Of a stretch of DNA of 64,000 nt, positions 52,545 through 64,000 are shown piece by piece. This DNA comes from Lama glama (Eukaryota): positions 21,640,001 to 21,704,000 of the forward strand of contig CM052818.1 in assembly GCA_028534125.1 (NCBI GenBank), in the 5' to 3' direction. The translations under genes and the position numbers were made by a program. Numbering within the stretch: the stretch's first letter is position 1; each line of letters opens with the position of its first letter. The notes under the pieces are model-generated. The model did no database searches. It saw only the letters and a list, made by a program, of their open reading frames with translations, and was not told where the DNA came from.

Positions 52545-52670
52545 GAATATATGTTGTATATACACATTGTATATATATATATGTATATGTATATGTATAT
52601 ATATACACATATATATATATGTACAATATATATATTGTACATATATATATATACACACACACACACTATA
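52545..52670. repeat. (TA/TG/CA)n compound low-complexity repeat containing a 44-bp perfect palindrome
   Basis: Read directly; 52609-52652 is self-complementary. Confidence 0.9.
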
Positions 52671-52894
52671 TAACACATCTCAGGTTTTCTGTAACTATAA
52701 AATATTTTAATTAAGTTATTTTTTTCTATTATCAGGAAATTATGTTAACCTAAAAACTAACTCCTGAAATAAATGGATAATTCCATCTATTGGTTTTCTC
52801 ATAGTATTAGAAACTTTTCCTCATTCCAAATATCCTTCAGTGCGCCATCAGTGTATCAGTGTACTACCACAGTGGTGAGTTAGGAATTGATATT

Positions 52895-53069
52895 CTTTTT
52901 TTTTTTTAAATATAATTGATTTACAATGTTGTGTTAGTTTCTGGTATAGAGCATAGTGATTCAGTTATATATATATATATATATATATATATTCTTTTTC
53001 ATTATAAGTTATTACAAGATATGGAATGTAGTTCCCTGTGCTATACCTTAGGACCTTGTTGTTTATCTA
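52895..53069 (-). mobile_element. Short young L1 3' end with 13-bp TSD
   Basis: Poly-T, ttgatttacaatgttgtgttagtttctggt...gttccctgtgctatac; TSD aggaattgatatt at 52882-52894 and 53070-53082. Confidence 0.93.
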
Positions 53070-53365
53070 AGGAATTGATATTATTAAGATTAACAAGACC
53101 AAAGTATTATTTTACTTAAAGCTACAAGTATAAAAATTAAACTGATATTTAAAACAAAAAATGAAAAAAATGAACTAAAAAATCAGTCAGGAAAATCTAT
53201 TTTTTGCAATAAGGAATTGGTGAATATATTAAATACATAAGAAATACATCAAATGGAAATGTTTAAAACATATCTTTCTATGTTTACATGATGAAACATA
53301 GCTAAGCGTTCCTATTCAAGTTATTTATTCCAATAATATTGGACTGTGAGACACAATTACGGTTG

Positions 53366-53384
53366 TAGTGCCCTCTGCTGGGCT
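53366..53384 (-). promoter_or_regulatory. Strong CTCF motif
   Basis: Minus strand AGCCCAGCAGAGGGCACTA fits the CTCF core CCASYAGRKGGCRSY; in apparently unique sequence. Confidence 0.7.
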
Positions 53385-53859
53385 TCCCAGTCAAAAACTC
53401 AATCTATTATCACAGCGTAAAATCAAACATTTGAGACATCAAGTGAAAAATCACTTTTTCAATCCTAGATCTTAAAGTGATCTTAAAGCCTTGGCAAAGA
53501 TTATATAAAAGTTATAATCAATATTTACTATATTGTAACAGTACTTTACAAGTTTATCATTAAGTTGAAATATCATTATAGATTTTTCTTAAAAGGAGTT
53601 AAAAGTTACACTGAACATGTTTTAATAGGACTTTTAATCATGTCTTCTATCATTTGGTAATGTAGTCAGGTTTCTAAGACTATACTTATGATACGACATT
53701 TTAATAAGTTACTATTTTGGTAATTTGATCTATTTTTCCTGCTTGGTTAGTTCAATCAAAACAGTTTATTTTAAAACATTAGAATAATCCTTAATAGTAT
53801 TATCTTCATTATTAGAAAAAAGCTGAAAAGTTTTCAAGGTAGTCATCACCAGTAATAAT

Positions 53860-54060
53860 TTAAAAAGAGCTTCCATTTACTGAGTATCAGCTATGAGGGA
53901 TGCAGTATATGTCATAAACTTTTTATACATTATATGCAGTTCTAAGAGATGAAAAAAAGTTGAACTTCATGGGGATGATATAAATTGCTTCAGATTAATT
54001 CAGAACCAAGACTCAAATGTAGGTTTGTCTCATTCCAAAGATTAAAACCTTTCTACCAAA
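53860..54060 (-). mobile_element. MIR fragment
   Basis: agcttccatttactgagtat...ctatg...gagatgaaaaaa...cagaaccaagactcaaatgtaggtttgtctcattccaaag. Confidence 0.6.
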
Positions 54061-54239
54061 CAATAGACAGCAGTGAAAAAAAACTTTTCACATGCAGTTT
54101 CTCCATTTGTCAACACAACAACAGCATGGAGCACAGGGTAGACAAGTTGATGGGGAAAAATGTTACAGAAGTAAAAGATAGTCATCCATGTATAAAACAA
54201 TAGCTTAGACCTTTAGGAAAATATTTTTATTTTACATAA

Positions 54240-54258
54240 TGCTGCCAGCTAGTGGCCC
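54240..54258 (-). promoter_or_regulatory. CTCF-like motif
   Basis: Minus strand GGGCCACTAGCTGGCAGCA, one mismatch to CCACTAGRTGGCAGCA. Confidence 0.45.
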
Positions 54259-55473
54259 TATTTCATACTGAGCCACTGGGAACAACACTTGATTTTTACA
54301 CTACCAAATCAAAAAATCCACATTTTTAGGAACATTCTAGGATCATGTTCCTAAATTACATATGCATAAGCCTGACAGTGATACTTTACACAATGATCTT
54401 TACCACAGAGCTAAAGGACAAAGTCTCCTCAACCACCAACTTGCCCCAATCCCCAGTAAAGACACTGGGGAAGAATTCAGCAAGTGCCAACATGTAGAGA
54501 TGACAAGGTATACCTGTCACTACCTGTGAAAAAAAAAACCTACATTATTTTAAATATATTAGGATAATTTTAGGATATTTATAGATTCCTTAGGACAAAA
54601 TACATAAATATTTTTCTGTACAATCAAAAGCTTGCCATAATGTGGGCATAAGAACAAAATTATTGCCTAAATATTGTTGGAAATTATTCTGTGCAGATCT
54701 AAAATTAGCATTTGATAATGTAGTACTGTTAGCAGAGTATGTTATTTTAGTTCAGACAATAAGTAGTTACAGTGGTAAAATTTTCTTTGAGAAGAAAAGT
54801 ACTTAAGTGTAATTTTTACATTTAAAATGGTCACATTTCATTGATAATTGACTACTTTAAGAGAAATAGCTTATGCAACACACATAAAGGAGTAGACAGC
54901 TTCGACCGTGGTATGTTGTTTAACACAGTGATACAAAGATATTCTTGTTTGATTTCTCTCATTAGACTATGTAACTATTTCAATGATTTTCTCAGTGGAG
55001 AATTCTATCATGACTTAATCAGAGGCTTAGATGAAAATATATTCTATATAACATTATAATAATGTATAAAACAAAAAACATCCTGATATTAAAATACATT
55101 AGCAGCGAGGAAAACATGTTCTGGATTTATTCTGTAGTGAACGAAGGAAGCAGCAAAAAGTAGAAAAGCACACGCCCAAAAACACAGCAAGAAGGGAGAG
55201 AGCCCCTCTGCCAGACTGACTAACCGAGAAGGTCAAAATGGAGCATGAAACAAAAGGGATAGAACTGGAGAATCCAGTGTTCCTTCAGGCCTACGTTCTG
55301 TCAAACACATACACACAAAACTGCCGAGGAGAAACCTGCTTTATCGCATTTAGTACGTGCACCTTATATGAGGCTTATCTTGCAGCTAAAAACAGCCGAA
55401 GTTTTGATTATACAGACACTCACGCTAGTCAATAAAATAAACATCAGTAAAAAAACAATTAAAAATTCACTTA

Positions 55474-55620
<147 letters not shown>

Positions 55621-55714
55621 TTAACATTTATTAATTTTTTTAAAAGATGAGACTATGCATTGTGATACATCCAATACTAGTAAACTGTTTCATGTTGTTT
55701 TTTAAAAATATTTC

Positions 55715-55733
55715 TGCCCACTAGAGGGAGAAG
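55715..55733 (+). promoter_or_regulatory. CTCF-like motif
   Basis: TGCCCACTAGAGGGAGAAG (core CCACTAGAGGGAG), about 135 bp from exon 3. Confidence 0.45.
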
Positions 55734-56423
55734 GGACAGAAATAACAGAAAACAATCTTTGGGATATTTAATGTAATATTTCTTGATGATTAATCTACAT
55801 TTTAAAGTATGCATAAATATTTTATGGTTGCTGTTTTAGTTATAAAATGTGAGATAAATTATTAACTTTCTTAAAAACAATATTTTACACTTTGATAATC
55901 TCAAAAGAAAAATAATCAACCTCCATAACCATACTCCAAAATACACATATGCCCTTTAAAATGGTCCAGCAAATTCAGAACTTCAGTCACAAAGAACTAA
56001 CCAACCTTCAGGCCTGTACATTCCATTTATAGGCTGTTCTGAATGTCAGAGGACAATGTTTCACATCTTGCCCACTGATTTTAATTCTATTCCTTGTAAT
56101 TCTAATCTCCTTCTACTTGACAGCCCTATAAATATTTAATTCAATTACTAATATTATTAGTAGAAAAGATATTATTCTTCATATACAAATGGACCAAACT
56201 GTCAATAGGTCATAAGGCCTAAGTTACTTTTCCAGCGGTAATAAAAAAAATTTTTTAATTGGTGCTAATGCATCTACAATCTTCTACATTCTTCCCTATA
56301 TACTTACACCTATAGTTCCTTAGGTTGTTGTAATAATTTATAATAACTATTAATAATTCACAATAAAATTTATTTTGTCAATATTACTTTGTCATTAAAA
56401 CTTATCATGAACAATGTATATAG

Positions 56424-56823
56424 TGTTATGGGCTGAACTGTGTCTTCCCCAAAAGTCAAATGTTGAAGCCCTAACCCTCAAAACCCCAGAACATGACTGT
56501 ATTTGGAGACAGGGCCTTCAAAGAAAGAATTAAGTTAAAATTGGGTCTTAGGGTGGGCTCTAAACCAATATGACTTGTGTGCTTACAAGAAAATGGAGAT
56601 GAGGACACACGAGACAACAGGGCACATGCACAGAGAGACAACCATGTGAAGAGGCAGCAAGAGGGCAGCCACCTGCAAGTCAAGGAGGGAGCCCACAGAT
56701 GAAACCAAACCTGCAACACCTAGATCTAGGACTTCTAGACCCCAAACTGTGAGAAAATTAATTTGTTGTTTAACCCATCCAATCTGCGGTGTTTTGTTTT
56801 GGGAGCCCTAGCAAGCTAATATA
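56424..56823 (+). mobile_element. Full-length MLT1B-like MaLR solo LTR
   Basis: tgttatgggctgaactgtgtc...tgttgaagccctaaccc...gactgtatttggagacagggcctt...aactgtgagaaaatt...gccctagcaagctaatata; degenerate 5-bp TSD tatag/cacag. Confidence 0.92.
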
Positions 56824-57214
56824 CACAGTAAGAGAATACACGTAAACTGTATTACTCTTTTCAGAAGAACTTTGATTTCTATCACAGAGAAGCAGTTCTT
56901 TGAGTGACCAAGTGAGAATACAAAAAGTCATTTGCAATAATCACTGGCCCGATAACCATTAGGCTCAACAGTATCATAATCTAGGGCAATGAAGTTACCA
57001 CAAATCCAACTTTCATCATCATAACATAATGATTCTGTATCTTCTCTGTGGATGCGAGATTATAGGCATAGAAGAGGTTATTTACACTAACATGGAAAAC
57101 TATAGCATACATATGAGACAAGAAAAGAAAAAGAACAAAGCATTTATATATAAAAAATAAGGTGAAGCTATTAAAATGATCAGCAATATGGCATAGAACT
57201 CAAAAAACTTCTTC

Positions 57215-57650
57215 CTAAATGTAAAAGCAATATACAGTTTCCTCAAGTAAAAAATGCCCATAATCCTATCATGCAGAGATAACCACAGTTAATATTTTGG
57301 TATACAGCCTTCAAATTTTATGCTATGCTCATACACCTATCATTAAATTATTGAAAGCAGAGTGTCCATACTGTTTTGCAATTTGTGTTTTTTCATTTAA
57401 CATATTAAAAAGTTTAACACATCATTAAATATTCTCCTGCAACATGATTTTAATGGCTGACAAATAGTCCAATGAATGACTGCACCATAATTTATTGAAC
57501 CAACACCTTATGCTGAAGTTTTAGATTATGGCTACTTTTGTGCTATTATGCATATTGCTTCAATGAACATCCATGTAGAAACATCACTGAGCCTTTTCTG
57601 ATTATTTTCTTAGGATAAATTCCTAAAAGTGCAATTATTTGTGGTCTAAT
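57215..57650 (-). mobile_element. Old L1ME 3' end
   Basis: cagagataaccacagttaatattttggtata...ttttaatggctg...caccataatttatt...aatgaacatccatgta...taggataaattcctaaaagtg. Confidence 0.75.
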
Positions 57651-58471
57651 TTTAATATGGACATTCTCTCATTTACGTGTTCTCTCTCTCTCAAATCAGG
57701 ATGAAATAGACATTTGAAATGAAACCTGAGACAAGACTAAATATAAAGGTGCATATATTTTTCAAGAGGTTAAATATTTCTAAAAAGCAAAAACTGGGAT
57801 AACTGAAGTGAAATGCATGTTTAAAAGTTAAAAGCAGTATTCAAACTATAACATGTGACACAAAACTTGTCTTCCTGAAAGCACTATTCTTGAAGCCAAG
57901 AAACAGAAAGTACACTCTATCACTTTTTTTAATGGGATCAGGGGTGGAAAACCAGTAAAATTAATCCTAAGCCTCTAAATAACTTACAAAAGTGAAAATC
58001 AATTATCTATGATGTCTGTAGAAACCCTTAAAGATGGCATCTCATGAAAGAATAATGTCAACAATCATCATTTTCAGTGGTACAAGAATTAGTGCTTAAT
58101 TACAGGAAAACTGCCATGATGTGTGTGGTAGTGTGGTAAAGATTCAGTTTATTTCAAGTTCCTTTTCATTTGCCTGAAACTCAAGGACTATTCTCTGTTC
58201 AGTGAGTCATCTACTTTATTCAAGTGACAGCTCTTAAGTTCTTGCTTACCCTTAATTTTTCAATTGTTTTCCTATGTCCTGCCTAGACAATGTGGTTAGA
58301 TATTAACACCTACAAGGAATGGACCTTATCAAACATCAGTCTAAGCATTATACTTAAAATTAATATTATATAACAATGACAACTTTTTGCTAAGGTATCC
58401 ATTGCATAAAAAGTTCACTCTTAAACTCTAAAGCGTTAACCTGTTTCTCAAGCCTTTAAATATTCGTATGA

Positions 58472-58620
58472 CAAAAAAAAAATTATGTGACATGATAGAT
58501 TAGCTAGTCATATGGTGATAATCATTTTACAACATATAAATATGTCAAATCAACACAATGTACACCATAAACTTCCACAAGGTTACACGTCAAATACATC
58601 TCAATAAAGCTGGAAAAAAA
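58472..58620 (+). mobile_element. L1MA9-like extreme 3' end
   Basis: gtgataatcattttacaa...tcaaatcaacacaatgtacacc...gtcaaatacatctcaataaagctggaaaaaaa. Confidence 0.8.
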
Positions 58621-58869
58621 TCTATCAATAGCAAGTTTCTTCCTCTCAAAGCCAACCAATTTTCTTCCAAGGCACCTAAAGCTATGCTAGAACTGAGAAC
58701 CTTTGAGTTTCTCCTAAGAATGGCCTATGAAATAAGGACAAAGAAGCAAGTCACTGGGGCAAATAATTATTTGAAGACAGAGGGAAAAAAAAGAAAAGCT
58801 ACTAGAGAAAAAATTGAAGCCTGAAGGTATCAATAGATTGAAACTAGAGGTTAAACACAAGCCCGAGCT

Positions 58870-59071
58870 ATTCTCAACAAAATATTAGCAAACTGAATCT
58901 AACAACACATCAAAAAGATCATACACTATGATCAAGTTGGATTAATCCCAAGGACACAAGGATGGTTCAACATATGGATATCAATCAATGTGATACACCA
59001 CATCAACAAAAGAAAGAAAACCACATTATCATCTCAATAGATGCAGAAAAAACATTTGACAAAATTCAACA
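58870..59071 (+). mobile_element. Isolated L1 ORF2 reverse-transcriptase fragment
   Basis: Translates [45 protein letters not shown].../[17 protein letters not shown]. Confidence 0.93.
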
Positions 59072-60284
59072 AAACTTGAAGTGCCTCAGGCACTTTTATG
59101 GTTTCAAATATCATGGGAGTCTTCTAAAGCTCTCAGAATATGCAAATTCCTACTGCACTAAAATAAAGTTAAAATATGGGGATGGGGAACAATTTCTAGT
59201 ATCTATACAGCTATTTCTATACAATAACAAATTGCAGCGTATAAGATAGGGAGAAGGAATTTTTAATGAAAGATTTTTTAGTATAAACACTTACTGGTAT
59301 ATATTTGTTTTCTAAACATGCATCTGTTTAATAGCAAGAGTCTCTTTTATAAAGTTATAAGAAATGAAACACTAGAAAATCAAGAAGACTTTGCTAAGGA
59401 GTAAAGTAGGAGTCATACCCTGGATTTTAATTTACTCTGAACACTCACTCTGAAACAAAGAGTGGACCATCCTCAGATATATAGAAAAGACAACAGATAT
59501 TGTGGAATTCATAACCTAACTTCTACATTGTCCAGATTTTTGCTTCTGATGAAAAGTCACTAAGAGAAATTCTTTATTCCTTCATCATGTAAAGCTGACA
59601 GAAAATAATGATCAAAATTTTAATTTAGGTCACTGTTTATATACTTTTTAACAATATAAACGATATACAACTATGGTCTTAGAATTCACAATATCTAGTT
59701 ATTTACCCTCTTAGGGTATTCATTTCCAGTCTAATAAAACTTTAAAGGAACATAAATCTTTAAAGGAACTTTAAAGGAACGAAAAATACAGAGGATGATG
59801 ATGGTACTCCATTTCAAAACTACTTTCTAATCACTACTTTTGGCTATTACACGTAATTTTTTTAAACTTCATAATGTTCACAATTCAAATAACTGAAGAA
59901 AATAGATAAATGTAGCTAAAGAAATGCCATGGAAACACATTGATAAAAGAGTTATCTGAAATATTACAGGAACAAGAATGGAAATTCATGTTGGGCAGAT
60001 AACAGTAAACAAGGAGAAGTTGTAACCATAAGAAATCAATGTGAACAAAATTGGCAATGGAATGGAATGAACTGTTCTTGGCAGAAATCCTCCCGTACCT
60101 AAGCAATTTCAGTAGTATCAGTGATTCCTAAATGGTAACAGGATTATGGAGTAAAAAGTGGAATGCTCAGAATAACCAATCAGGAAATCAGTTTATCTAG
60201 GGCTCAATCCCTTCATCTGAAAAACAAATAAATGGATGCGTGATTGCCTCATGAGAAGCAGGATGTATAGAAAAAGAAGCATAG

Positions 60285-60411
60285 GTGGGGACTATCATTA
60301 TATAAGATGTAACCAAGGGAGAGAGTTAGGTGAAGGGTACATAAAACTCCTTGTACTATTTTTGCAACTTCCTGAAAGTCTGTAATTATTTCAAAATAAA
60401 AGTTTTTAAAA
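60285..60411 (+). mobile_element. L1MC/MD 3' end inserted into a MIR
   Basis: taagatgtaacc...ggtgaagggtac...tgtactatttttgcaacttcctg...aattatttcaaaataaaagttt. Confidence 0.8.
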
Positions 60412-60650
60412 GTACAGGCGTGGAACCAGATCACCAGGGTTTGAATAGGGGCACAATTATTGGCTGTGTTACCTCAGTAAGTTATTTAACCTCTTTGGGC
60501 CTCACTCTTCTCATTTATAAAATGATAATAAAAACAGTACTTACCTCATAAGATGCTGTGTGAATTAAATGAGCTAATACATGTAAACCACTCACAACAG
60601 TGCTTGTCACATAGTAGGCACTCAATTATCAGTCATTATTAATGTTATGA
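60412..60650 (+). mobile_element. MIR SINE (5' end lies before the L1 insert, about 60253-60284)
   Basis: gctgtgttacctcagtaagttatttaacctct...cttacctcataag...gaattaaatgag...cacatagtaggcactcaa. Confidence 0.88.
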
Positions 60651-62375
60651 TTACTTATTCAGAATTCAGAATCAGCTCTAGAATTCTGAATGTTTAAGCT
60701 ATCTTATTTTTACACTACTGATGTGAAGAGATATTAATTAGTTTGAAAAAACAACAAAAAATTGGTAGCTATTGTGGTCAAAATTTTAGCTCAGTCATCT
60801 ATCTTCTCTCTATAAACTAGAATTTGATGACATATTTATTCTTTCAAAAATGGATATATCACAAAGAACCAGGCTATTGGAGAGGAGTCTAAGTTTAACC
60901 ACTCTAGCCTGGGTTCCTGCTACATCAGGGTCATCTTCACTCTGTCAGGTAGAGAACCCTGCCTTATTTTGAAAGCTCTCAAGAAAAGAAGATTTCACAC
61001 TTTTCTCTAGCTAACCTTTGCAGGGACTTGAAGATGTCAGGAAGTCATTCTTGGTACAGTTTATACTTGTTGCCTCCTGTCACAGTGGATATAGAAGATG
61101 AGTTCTAGAACTTTATACATGAAGACCCCTGCTGGACCACTCTGTTTCTCCTTCCCTTTGATTTCCTTATAGATACCATCCTCTAATTGTTACATCATCT
61201 TCATCCCTACTTCATATAGTTATTTGAAGATGTACATAAATCAGAACACATCAAAGCACCTAGTACCATTCCTGGCATACAGTAAGCATTTAGTAAATTT
61301 TTTTTCTTTCCTAACCAAGGACTAAACTAATTACCTCCAACAGAATGTCAAGCAACTGAGGTATTCTAATTAGAAACTCATAATGAATGTACAGGCAAGC
61401 TCACAAATCCCGAAATTTTTATCTTCTATTTAGTTTTCAATAAACCAGTATTATGAAACCAGATCCTAATTGTACTGCCTTGCCCATCCTAGTCAATTTT
61501 TATCCAAATCTCAAATTTTAAGCTGTTATGGTATCTTTTAAAGCTTAGATCTCTTAAATTAAAATAGTTCAAGAAACATATGCTATAAATAGACATCCTT
61601 TGTGAAAACTTTTTTTCTTAAAATTATTCCTAACCTTGCCTAAACTGTATTCAGTCACATTTCCACTTAAAATGTTTTTTGCTCTTCTTACATTTACTGT
61701 AAATGTGCTCCTCCCTCCCTTTCAAAATGTGAAATCTTGTCAAAAAAGGTAGATTTTATAAAATCAAACACCTGCAGTAATACTGCAACATGCTAGACTT
61801 GTGAGAGAAAATTAATTCAGTAAAAATCGTATCTTGTTACTGCAGTTTGCAACTCTCTTATCTCTTTTCTAATGATTGTTAAAGCCAGAACAGTCTGTAT
61901 GCGTCTCACGATATCAGTGTTTTTGGCTAAACTTCCTTCTCCTAGTCTTAGGATTCTATTCTGAAAGTAACAAAACATGAATGGGAAAAATACAAGGCTT
62001 GATTTTTCAAATAACTACTACTGGAAGAGCAGCTTGGGAAAATTCTGTTTTCACTTTTAGCCTTCTTCGCCTCAAAAAGAACCTGGCTTCTTGTCGTAAA
62101 CAAATGCTATGAGAAAATGGTTAAATGAGCCCTCTGATTTGCAACCCATTTTATCGTCAAATGCCGCTACATTCCTGAGAATGCTTTTTCTTTAGTTCTG
62201 AGAATACAGCAAGACCCAGTTAAGCAGCAGGATTTCCAAACACAAAGTTGCAAAACCTAAATTCTGATTAAGACTGCCTGTGAACTCAAAAGAATGAACA
62301 ATGAGATTCTTATTAGATTGCTTTTCTTCTACAAAAAAAAATACTTCTAAATATCTTAACTATAGTGATGTTTAC

Positions 62376-62548
62376 CTTAAGGAAATACTGTATTCAGGAT
62401 AGAAGACACTTGTATATTGGACCCAAGCACCAACTTCCTCTTCAGTGTCCCCTTTTTTTGCTTCTGTTACTGAAAACAGATTAAATGATTCAAATCTTCT
62501 TACAGATATATGCCGTAGATGATCATCCAGATGTTTCTGCCTCAGAAC
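62376..62548 (-). CDS. CAMKMT: CAMKMT coding exon 2 (calmodulin-lysine N-methyltransferase), 173 nt, phase 0 in / phase 2 out
   Basis: Minus strand: acceptor tttatttcaaag|GTTCTG, donor TTAAG|gtaaac. Translates [57 protein letters not shown](R), closely matching the mammalian CAMKMT N-terminal region as I recall it (human [28 protein letters not shown]...[23 protein letters not shown]). Confidence 0.97.
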
Positions 62549-62614
62549 CTTTGAAATAAAACCAAATATTATGGTCATATTATATAAATTAAGTTTTCAA
62601 ACTTTAAGTGGTAA

Positions 62615-62840
62615 GGGAATTTTCATTTCCAATAATAGAAGATTAGATAATTCAGACCAATATCTTACTGAAGACAACTAGAAAAGATGTACAAAATATT
62701 TTAAAACATTACTGGAAGGCATCAAAGAGCAAAGAAGATAGTGAAGATCTACCAGTCTAGGATCTTTAAAAGGAGGTAATTCTAGAGAGGTGAGCCTGGC
62801 TTTCGCAACCACTTTTCTTGTGAGACGTTTGTCAGTTCCT
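62615..62840 (+). mobile_element. Old L1 5' end fragment (L1MEg-like)
   Basis: catttccaataat...gattagataattcagaccaa...ctgaagacaactagaaaag...gaaggcatcaaagagc...cagagaggtgagcc-like. Confidence 0.6.
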
Positions 62841-62945
62841 CGTGCTTAGCATACATGAGTTCCTGGGTTCAATCCCCAGCCCCTCCATTAAAAAAGGAGA
62901 CAAATAAAAATAAATATAAAATAAATTTAATTATCTCCCCAAAAT
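62841..62945 (+). mobile_element. 5'-truncated Vic-1-type SINE
   Basis: gtgcttagcatacatgagttcctgggttcaatccccagcccctcca plus A-rich tail ending taattatctccccaaaa. Confidence 0.85.
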
Positions 62946-64000
62946 GTAAAATATAGGTAATATAAATTGTCTTAGATCTTGTCCAATTAATGCCCAAAAT
63001 GTAAATGCCTTTTTATACTAATTCAATTACTCTAATGTCAAGGTAATGTCATAAGTCACTAAGGTAAAAAATAATTTGTCACCACATGTACAACATTGGA
63101 AGGTGCTTCTATGGTTTAGTAAATCCTATCATCTACAATATGACAAGGTGATACTCAGTGAAAGAAATAGGCAATATATTTAGAATAAATAAAAGGAAAC
63201 ATTTCTTTATGTAATTTATATTGAGTAAAGGTAATCACAATCAAGATCAAATCAAACTACTTTTGATGTTTGTTTTTAAAGATTCAGTTATTTTTAAGGC
63301 CATCAATAATATTTGTAGCTTTGTGATTTGAGAGGATACTGAATTCTCCCAGCAAGGTATAATCTTATCACTTACCCTTTAAGAATTTCTACTTCTAAGC
63401 CCCTATGTATATAATTAAACAACATTAAAATGGGGTTATCAGGGGTGAAAGAACATGCTCAAAGTCAAGGCATTTTTTCATCCCTGTAAATCAATGAGCT
63501 ATTTAATCAAATATCAATGTTATATTAAATAAGTTTATGTCCAAATATTAAATATCTTACATTAAAAAAAAAAGGCACTTAGTTCTAGGCCCATCAAGTA
63601 AACAATGTATGCAACAACCCAATGGAAGAAACCCAAATACTGGTTTGTTCCAGAACTAACTAAATTGAACATAACTATGCTGGAACCCTAATAACCAATA
63701 TTCTACTAAAAGCAGAGTCACTCAGAAAATAAGTAAGGGTACTGGAAAAGGGAGAACCTGTCTCTCAACAGTTACATGAGTGTGAGCACTTTTATAAGAC
63801 AAGAATAACAATGCTTACTTTGCAGCTTCTAATATAGTACCTGACAGACAACAGCTGTACTGACTGCAAGGCTTTTGTGAAAACTGGGTAAGACAGTGTA
63901 TGCTACATGGAAAGTGTCTGATTTGGAGTAGGTGCTCTATAAATAGTTAACTAACTTCTGGTGAAAAAGGCAGACAGAACACACACAAAATCTGAAAATG

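Larger units (their letters stand above)
62549..64000 (-). other. CAMKMT: 3' end of CAMKMT intron 1
   Basis: Upstream of the exon 2 acceptor; no GC-rich exon 1 or CpG island in the window. Confidence 0.85.

Noticed and set aside
52422..52710. Ile/Tyr/Cys-rich ORFs on both strands
   Set aside because: Translation of a (TA/TG)n microsatellite.
55238..55435. 65-aa ATG ORF on + with good Kozak context (antisense to CAMKMT)
   Set aside because: No similarity I recognise and no promoter or splice support; block reported instead as a non-coding/poly(A) candidate.
60880..61130. Possible CR1/L3 fragment on -
   Set aside because: Similarity too faint to support by eye.
62549..62578. ORF-track start [10 protein letters not shown] of the CAMKMT exon 2 ORF
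   Set aside because: Intronic sequence upstream of the acceptor; the true N-terminus comes from exon 1 outside the window.
63376..63483. Possible 108-nt cryptic exon in intron 1 (AGG|gtaagt donor)
   Set aside because: Acceptor has a poor pyrimidine tract; a strong donor alone is common by chance.

Overview
AT-rich mammalian genomic DNA, very probably camelid (alpaca/llama/camel), judged from Vic-1-type tRNA-Ala SINEs and young camelid-type L1 3' ends. The only recognisable protein-coding sequence is on the minus strand: two internal exons of CAMKMT (calmodulin-lysine N-methyltransferase), exon 2 (62376-62548, 173 nt) and exon 3 (55515-55579, 65 nt). They splice in frame to ...[79 protein letters not shown].... 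Positions 1-55514 are the 5' part of the very long intron 3, densely filled with L1/HAL1, L2, CR1/L3, MIR, MaLR/ERVL LTRs, hAT-family DNA elements and microsatellites. Nearly all ORFs in the supplied track are repeat-derived or chance ORFs. I see no new multi-gene system. The best leads are regulatory: (i) a divergent CTCF motif cluster around exon 3 (candidate boundary of the SIX3/SIX2 domain); (ii) several well-formed cryptic exons and an intronic poly(A) site downstream of exon 3, each of which would truncate CAMKMT before its methyltransferase core; (iii) a MIR-derived candidate recursive splice site; (iv) motif-dense candidate enhancers. Repeat family names and boundaries come from visual recognition and are approximate.
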